In this document: positions 59,166 through 64,000 of the stretch, in pieces | Layout of the letters: the number at the start of each line of letters is the position of its first letter | How positions within the stretch are numbered: position 1 is the stretch's first letter | Assembly: GCA_963674755.2 (NCBI GenBank) | Contig: CAXXVS010000003.1 | Span: 2,208,001-2,272,000 of the forward strand | Source: Desulfobacterales bacterium | GTDB lineage: Bacteria; Desulfobacterota; Desulfobacteria; Desulfobacterales; UBA5852 | Direction: 5' to 3' | DNA: 64,000 nucleotides | Made by a program: the position numbers and the translations under genes | Notes under the pieces: model-generated | What the model saw: the letters and a program-made list of their open reading frames with translations, nothing else | What the model was told of the DNA's origin: nothing | Database searches by the model: none

Positions 59166-60452
59166 TCAAGCACCTTGTAGATATTTGGCCAGACGCTTGC
59201 CCAGCGCGATTAACGTGAAGCTCGGCGGCAGACCCCAGGCGGCGGGCACGACCGAACAGTCACAGACGTAAAGGTTCTCGATGGTCGTTTGAAGATCGCT
59301 ATCCACCAGATCGTTGATTTTGACCGTGCCTCCCGGATGAGCCGCCAGGTACCAGCTGCGATGGATATTGCGGGCGCCGGCATGGGCCAGGATTTCCCGG
59401 GCCCGGGCATATCCTTTGAACAGCTTGACCTTGTCGATCTCGCTCAATCGCTTGCGAATCCCGCCCCGATCGGTCAGGCAGCCGCCCAGTTCATCTCTGA
59501 TCTTGACCATGATGGTCAGGGTCTGATGGTGCCGGTAAAGCTGGCCCAAACGGCCCACCTCGGCATTGAAGACGGCGTGCAGGGTCCAGGGGACGGTCAT
59601 GTCGGTGATGACATAGCCGTCTTCTTCGCAATGCATGCCGGCGGTCATGGGGATTTCCCGGCCGCCCCGCAGGCCTTCGACAGTTCCCATGACGACGATC
59701 AGGGGATCGAAGAAGAAGTCCATTCCGGCGTCATGGATCCCGGTCTTACGCAGGATCAAGGGGGAACCGATGCCGCCGGCGGCGATCACCACCACAGCGG
59801 CCCGCACTTGGTGGGTTTGCCTCTTCTTGCGGTAGACAACGCCGACCGCCCGGCCTTTTTCCACCAGGACGCGTTCGACACGGGCGCCGTTGATCAGGCG
59901 GGCGCCATTCTGCCGGGCCTCGTCCACAAATAGGCGCCCGCTCCACTTGGCCCCCTCGGGGCAGCCATAGTTGCAGCGGAAGCAATTCGGCTTGCATTTT
60001 TCCTGATCGATGAATTTGGGCAGCTTACGCCAGTCATAGCCAAGCTGTCGGGCACTTTCCATAATGCACCGGGCCATGGGGCCCACGAGTTCATCCGCCA
60101 GGGGGCCGATGGGCAGTTCGCCGCGAATTTCCGCGATGGCCTCTCGCAAATCAATGCCGCAGGCATCGAACATGGCAAGCGGGGGTTCAAAGGCGCTGGC
60201 GTAATAGAACATCGAGCTGCCACCGGTGGTAATGCCGCGCATCATGGCGCACAGGTCGCCGGTGATCAGCAGGCTTTTACCCGGGATGGCCGCAGCCGCC
60301 GCAAATTGTGGCATCGTCCCTTTGATGGGTTTGGCGGCGCCCCATTCCAGCATGAGGACGCGATTTCCACGACGGGCTAATTCCCGGCCCACCGTCGCAC
60401 CGCCGGGACCGGTACCCACGACGAGGACATCTGTTTCTTGGGTTGATGACAT
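59166..60452 (-). CDS. GMC-family FAD oxidoreductase
   Basis: VVGTGPGG, CFRCNYGC, AAGGIGSP, HPGGT, NLYVCDCS. Confidence 0.88.
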   Translation of the reverse strand: MSSTQETDVLVVGTGPGGATVGRELARRGNRVLMLEWGAAKPIKGTMPQFAAAAAIPGKSLLITGDLCAMMRGITTGGSSMFYYASAFEPPLAMFDACGIDLREAIAEIRGELPIGPLADELVGPMARCIMESARQLGYDWRKLPKFIDQEKCKPNCFRCNYGCPEGAKWSGRLFVDEARQNGARLINGARVERVLVEKGRAVGVVYRKKRQTHQVRAAVVVIAAGGIGSPLILRKTGIHDAGMDFFFDPLIVVMGTVEGLRGGREIPMTAGMHCEEDGYVITDMTVPWTLHAVFNAEVGRLGQLYRHHQTLTIMVKIRDELGGCLTDRGGIRKRLSEIDKVKLFKGYARAREILAHAGARNIHRSWYLAAHPGGTVKINDLVDSDLQTTIENLYVCDCSVVPAAWGLPPSFTLIALGKRLAKYLQGA

Positions 60453-60710
60453 GTCCGCTTTCCCTTTCACGTTAGCGGCCGGTTTTATCCATCAGGCGCT
60501 GCCGCGAGGCGACGGTTGCCCGGCAGCAAGGGTTGGCAGCTGATTGGTAAGGGTGATTTTCCAATCCACCTGTTCAGGTAGGAATGTCGAAGCGGTCGAA
60601 TGCGAGGGCGGTTTGCGGTGGATGAGAGCACCGTCGATAGTTGACCATACCGGAAGCCATGTCGTTTGTCATTTCTTTTTCCCAGGGCATCCACCTCAGG
60701 GCCCAGGCGT

Positions 60711-62153
60711 CTAACGAGGTGACGTTTCGCTGGGGAAAATCTTGGCCGGATTGAGGATGTGGTTGGGGTCCAGGGCCTGTTTGATGCGCCGCATGACATC
60801 GATCTGGACCGGATTCATGACCAACTTCATAAAATCCCGGCGTTTGTGCCCGATGCCGTGCTCGCCGCTGATGGTGCCCCCCAGGCGGGCCGTGGCCCGG
60901 TAGATGTCGCTCAGCAGGTCCGGCAGCAGGGTCTCCCAATCCGCGTCGGGCTGGTCGGGGTTCTTCAGGGGGGTGGCGTGGATATTGCCGTCGGCCGCGT
61001 GGCCGTAGACCGGGATGCGCACCCCATAGCGCCGGCCGATAGTTTCCAGTTCCGGCATCAGATCGGTGAGGGCGGCGATGGGCACCACGATGTCTTCCAC
61101 GGACTGGCGGGGCGCATGGCGCTTGAGCACCCAGATGACCCTTTTGCGGATATTCCAGAAGCCCTCGGCCTCAGCCTCGTCGGCCGCCCGGCGGATCGCC
61201 ACGGCCTGCCCGGCGCGGCACAGATCCGCCACGGTGTCGGCCTCCCGGGCCACCGTGTCGGCGAAACGGCCGTCCACCTCGAAGAGCAGCGCGGCCCGGG
61301 TGCGCTCAAAGGGAAAGTCGTATTTCAGGTCCCGGGCCGACAGGGCAAAGGTCTCGCCGTCCATGAATTCTACCGCTGAAGGGATCAGCCCGCCTTCGGC
61401 CATCACCCGGGCCACCAGGGCCACAGCCGTATCCACCCGGTCGAAGAGGGCCAGCAGGGTGACCCGGTGGCTGGGCCGGGGCAGCAGGCGGATGAAAATC
61501 TTGGTGAAGATCCCCAGGGTGCCCTCGGAGCCGATCATGAGCTGCACCAAGTCGTAGCCGGTCACATCCTTGACCCGTTTGCCGCCGGCCTGGAAGACGC
61601 GACCCTCCGGGGTCACCACTTCCAGACCGTGGATATAGCGGCCGGTGACGCCGTATTTGACAGCCCGACCGCCCCCGGCATTCTCGGCCACATTGCCCCC
61701 GATGCAGCAGATTTCCTCGCTCATGGGGTAGCCCGCGAAAAACAGGCCGTGGGGCTTGAGGGCGGCGTCCAGGTGGTTGGTGATGACGCCGGGCTCCACC
61801 ACGGCCATGAGGTTGCGGGTGTCGATCTCCAGGATGCGATTCATGCGTTCCACGGACAGCACGATGCCGCCGCAGGCCGCCACCGCGCCTCCCGAGAGGC
61901 CGCTGCCGCCCGCCCGGGGGGTGACCGGCACCCGGACCTCGTTGGCCAGGCGCATCACGGCCGCCACGGCTTCCGTCGTGGCGGGCATCACCACCACTTC
62001 GGGACGCCGGGCATACTTCTGGTCGGACACAGCATCCCGGGCGAATTTGTCCAGCCGCTTGAGGTCCTCGAACACCACGCCGTCGCGACCGCAGATGGCT
62101 TCCAGGGCAGCGACGATTTCCGGGGTAACAGGGTTGTAGTGGGTATCTGGCAT
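60711..62153 (-). CDS. FAD-linked oxidase, GlcD/D-lactate dehydrogenase-like
   Basis: PRAGGSGLSGG, AVKYGVT, GSEGTLG, GHAADGNIH, ISGEHGIG, LNPAKIF. Confidence 0.92.
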   Translation of the reverse strand: MPDTHYNPVTPEIVAALEAICGRDGVVFEDLKRLDKFARDAVSDQKYARRPEVVVMPATTEAVAAVMRLANEVRVPVTPRAGGSGLSGGAVAACGGIVLSVERMNRILEIDTRNLMAVVEPGVITNHLDAALKPHGLFFAGYPMSEEICCIGGNVAENAGGGRAVKYGVTGRYIHGLEVVTPEGRVFQAGGKRVKDVTGYDLVQLMIGSEGTLGIFTKIFIRLLPRPSHRVTLLALFDRVDTAVALVARVMAEGGLIPSAVEFMDGETFALSARDLKYDFPFERTRAALLFEVDGRFADTVAREADTVADLCRAGQAVAIRRAADEAEAEGFWNIRKRVIWVLKRHAPRQSVEDIVVPIAALTDLMPELETIGRRYGVRIPVYGHAADGNIHATPLKNPDQPDADWETLLPDLLSDIYRATARLGGTISGEHGIGHKRRDFMKLVMNPVQIDVMRRIKQALDPNHILNPAKIFPSETSPR

Positions 62154-62217
62154 TGTGCCCCCTTTCTTCTTGCGCCCATAGATAATCGCGCGGCAAGCCC
62201 CGCCGGTCGTTTGGCGG

Positions 62218-63651
62218 CTACAGGGCGATCATGACATGCTTGGTCACCTGGTAGTCATGCACTGCCTCGACGGAAAGATCCTTGCCGAAGCCGGACTGCT
62301 TGAAGCCGCCGTGGGGGGTTTCCGAGGCCAGGGGCAGGTGATCGTTGATCCATACCGTACCATACTCCAGACGGGCGGACAGGCGCATGGCCCGGCTCAC
62401 GTCCCGGGTGAAAAGGGAGGCCGCCAGGCCGAAGTCCACCCCGTTGGCCAGGGCCAGGGCCTCGGCTTCGTCCGTGAAGGGCTGGATGGTGATCACCGGT
62501 CCGAAGACTTCCTTTTGAATGATTTCCCAATCCTGGTAAACGTCCGTGATGACGGTGGGGGTGTAGTAATAGCCCCGATCGAATCCATCCGGAGGAGCGC
62601 CGCCGGTGAGCACCCGGGCGCCCTTGTCCCGGGCCCGGGCCACGAACCCGGCCACCGTGTCGCGCTGGGCTGCGGAAATGAGCGGCCCCATCTCGACGCC
62701 CTCCTCGAAAGGCAGTCCGATCTTCACCTTGCGGGCGGCGGCCACCACAGCTTCGGTGACCTCGGCGAGTTTGCTTTTCTCCACCAGGAGGCGGGTGGCC
62801 GCGGTGCAGTCCTGGCCGGTGTTGAAAAAGGCGCCCAGGGCGGTTTTCTCGGCCACCTGGTCGATGTCGGCATCGGCGAAGACCACCACGGGCGCCTTCC
62901 CGCCCAGTTCCAGATGGACCCGTTTGACGGAAGCGGCGGCGCCCCGCATGATCCCCCGGCCCGTTTCCGTGGATCCGGTCAGGCTTACCAGGCGGATGTC
63001 GGGATGGTCCACGATGGACTGGCCCACGTTTCCGGTGACGATATTGAGCACCCCGTCGGGAAGCCCGGCGTCCCGGGCGATCTCCCCCAGCAGGAGGGTG
63101 CTGCGCGGGGTGAGGGAGGCCGGTTTGATGATCGAGGTGCACCCGGCGGCCAGGGGCGGGCCGATTTTCCAGACGGCCATCATGAAGGGGTAGTTCCAGG
63201 GGGTGATGCCGGCGGTCACGCCGCACGGTTCTCGGCGGTAGATGGAGGTGGACCCCGGGAAATATTCGCCTGCGTGATGGCCGCCGGTGTCCCGGGCCGC
63301 GGCGGCGAAAAAGCGCAGGTTATCCACCGAGAAGGCCAGATCGGCGCCCAGGGATACATTCTGATAAGGTTTCCCGCTGTCTTCGGATTCGATGCGGGCA
63401 ATTTCGGCGGCCCGTTCTTCCACGAGGTCGGCCATCTTCAGCAGGACCGCCGAGCGCTGGCCGGGGGTCTTGCCGGACCAGCGGCCGTCTTCAAAAGCGG
63501 TTTTGGCCGCCTGCACGGCCAGAGCTACATCGGCGGCGTCGGCGTTCGGCACCTGATCGATAATCTCTTCCGTGGCGGGGTTTTCTACATCCAGGTGTTT
63601 CTGCGCTTGGGACGGGCACCAGTGCCCGTCGATCCACAAGGCGTTTTCCAT
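62218..63651 (-). CDS. NAD-dependent aldehyde dehydrogenase (aminobutyraldehyde-DH-like)
   Basis: ITPWNYP, LELGGKAP, FNTGQDCTAATR, EVFGPV, PHGGFKQSGFG. Confidence 0.93.
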   Translation of the reverse strand: MENALWIDGHWCPSQAQKHLDVENPATEEIIDQVPNADAADVALAVQAAKTAFEDGRWSGKTPGQRSAVLLKMADLVEERAAEIARIESEDSGKPYQNVSLGADLAFSVDNLRFFAAAARDTGGHHAGEYFPGSTSIYRREPCGVTAGITPWNYPFMMAVWKIGPPLAAGCTSIIKPASLTPRSTLLLGEIARDAGLPDGVLNIVTGNVGQSIVDHPDIRLVSLTGSTETGRGIMRGAAASVKRVHLELGGKAPVVVFADADIDQVAEKTALGAFFNTGQDCTAATRLLVEKSKLAEVTEAVVAAARKVKIGLPFEEGVEMGPLISAAQRDTVAGFVARARDKGARVLTGGAPPDGFDRGYYYTPTVITDVYQDWEIIQKEVFGPVITIQPFTDEAEALALANGVDFGLAASLFTRDVSRAMRLSARLEYGTVWINDHLPLASETPHGGFKQSGFGKDLSVEAVHDYQVTKHVMIAL

Positions 63652-63778
63652 AAGAACTCCTTTCGAGTCGGAATATAGACAATTCAGGGTAATTCCATGC
63701 AATCGCACAATAGGGCGTTTTCTACCGTAATCAAGTGTCGCAGCGGAGGTTTGGCTTAGTTTCGATCTAAGCCCTCCA

Positions 63779-64000
63779 CCTCTGGTGGAGGACCCGGAGA
63801 GGTTTTTCCGATCCGGGGTGGCTTTACATCAATTGGTTCCTTCATTTTCTTTCACGTGAAAGAAAACAGAAGCAAAAGAAAACGCCCGTGTCCCGCTTAA
63901 TCCTGCGCGTCGTCGAGGTGGCCGGAGCGCGCGGAAACTCGCTTCGCTCAAACAGTCCGCGCGCTTTTATCCGGCCGCATCGCCGATGCTCGGCGCGGGA
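63779..64000 (+). repeat. Structured intergenic repeat, copy 3 (runs off window end)
   Basis: Same blocks as copies 1 and 2, with a shorter central loop (GCTTCGC). Confidence 0.88.

Overview
GC-rich bacterial chromosome segment. Gene content (Mop-type and AOR-type aldehyde oxidoreductases, TusE/DsrC-fold protein, PEP-synthase-like protein with TSUP/USP neighbours, sigma54 activators) suggests an anaerobic Desulfobacterota (Desulfobacteraceae-like) host; this is inference. I see no rRNA, tRNA, CRISPR array, transposase, integrase or reverse transcriptase. Main blocks: (1) sigma54 operon USP-TSUP-TIGR02186-like-PEP-synthase-like-receiver-USP-USP; (2) PAS sigma54 activator with a readable enhancer/IHF/-24/-12 promoter ahead of a LIV-type ABC importer, Fe-ADH, AOR, Mop, TusE-like carrier and cysteine desulfurase; (3) LysR/CMD and a secreted Gly/Asp tandem-repeat protein; (4) L,D-transpeptidase, SLOG protein, ydbH-ynbE-ydbL, mgtE; (5) a partly decayed ArsR-thioredoxin-RND-CcdA region with two gene scars; (6) an AT-rich cyclase-STAND-TPR gene; (7) IclR-TRAP, ABCD-type transporter, GMC, GlcD-like and ALDH genes. 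A ~290-bp structured non-coding repeat occurs three times. Best candidates for something undescribed: the dikinase-like/receiver/TSUP operon, the dual W/Mo aldehyde-oxidation operon with its own sulfur relay, the repeat protein and the structured repeat. All family calls come from motif recognition, not database searches.
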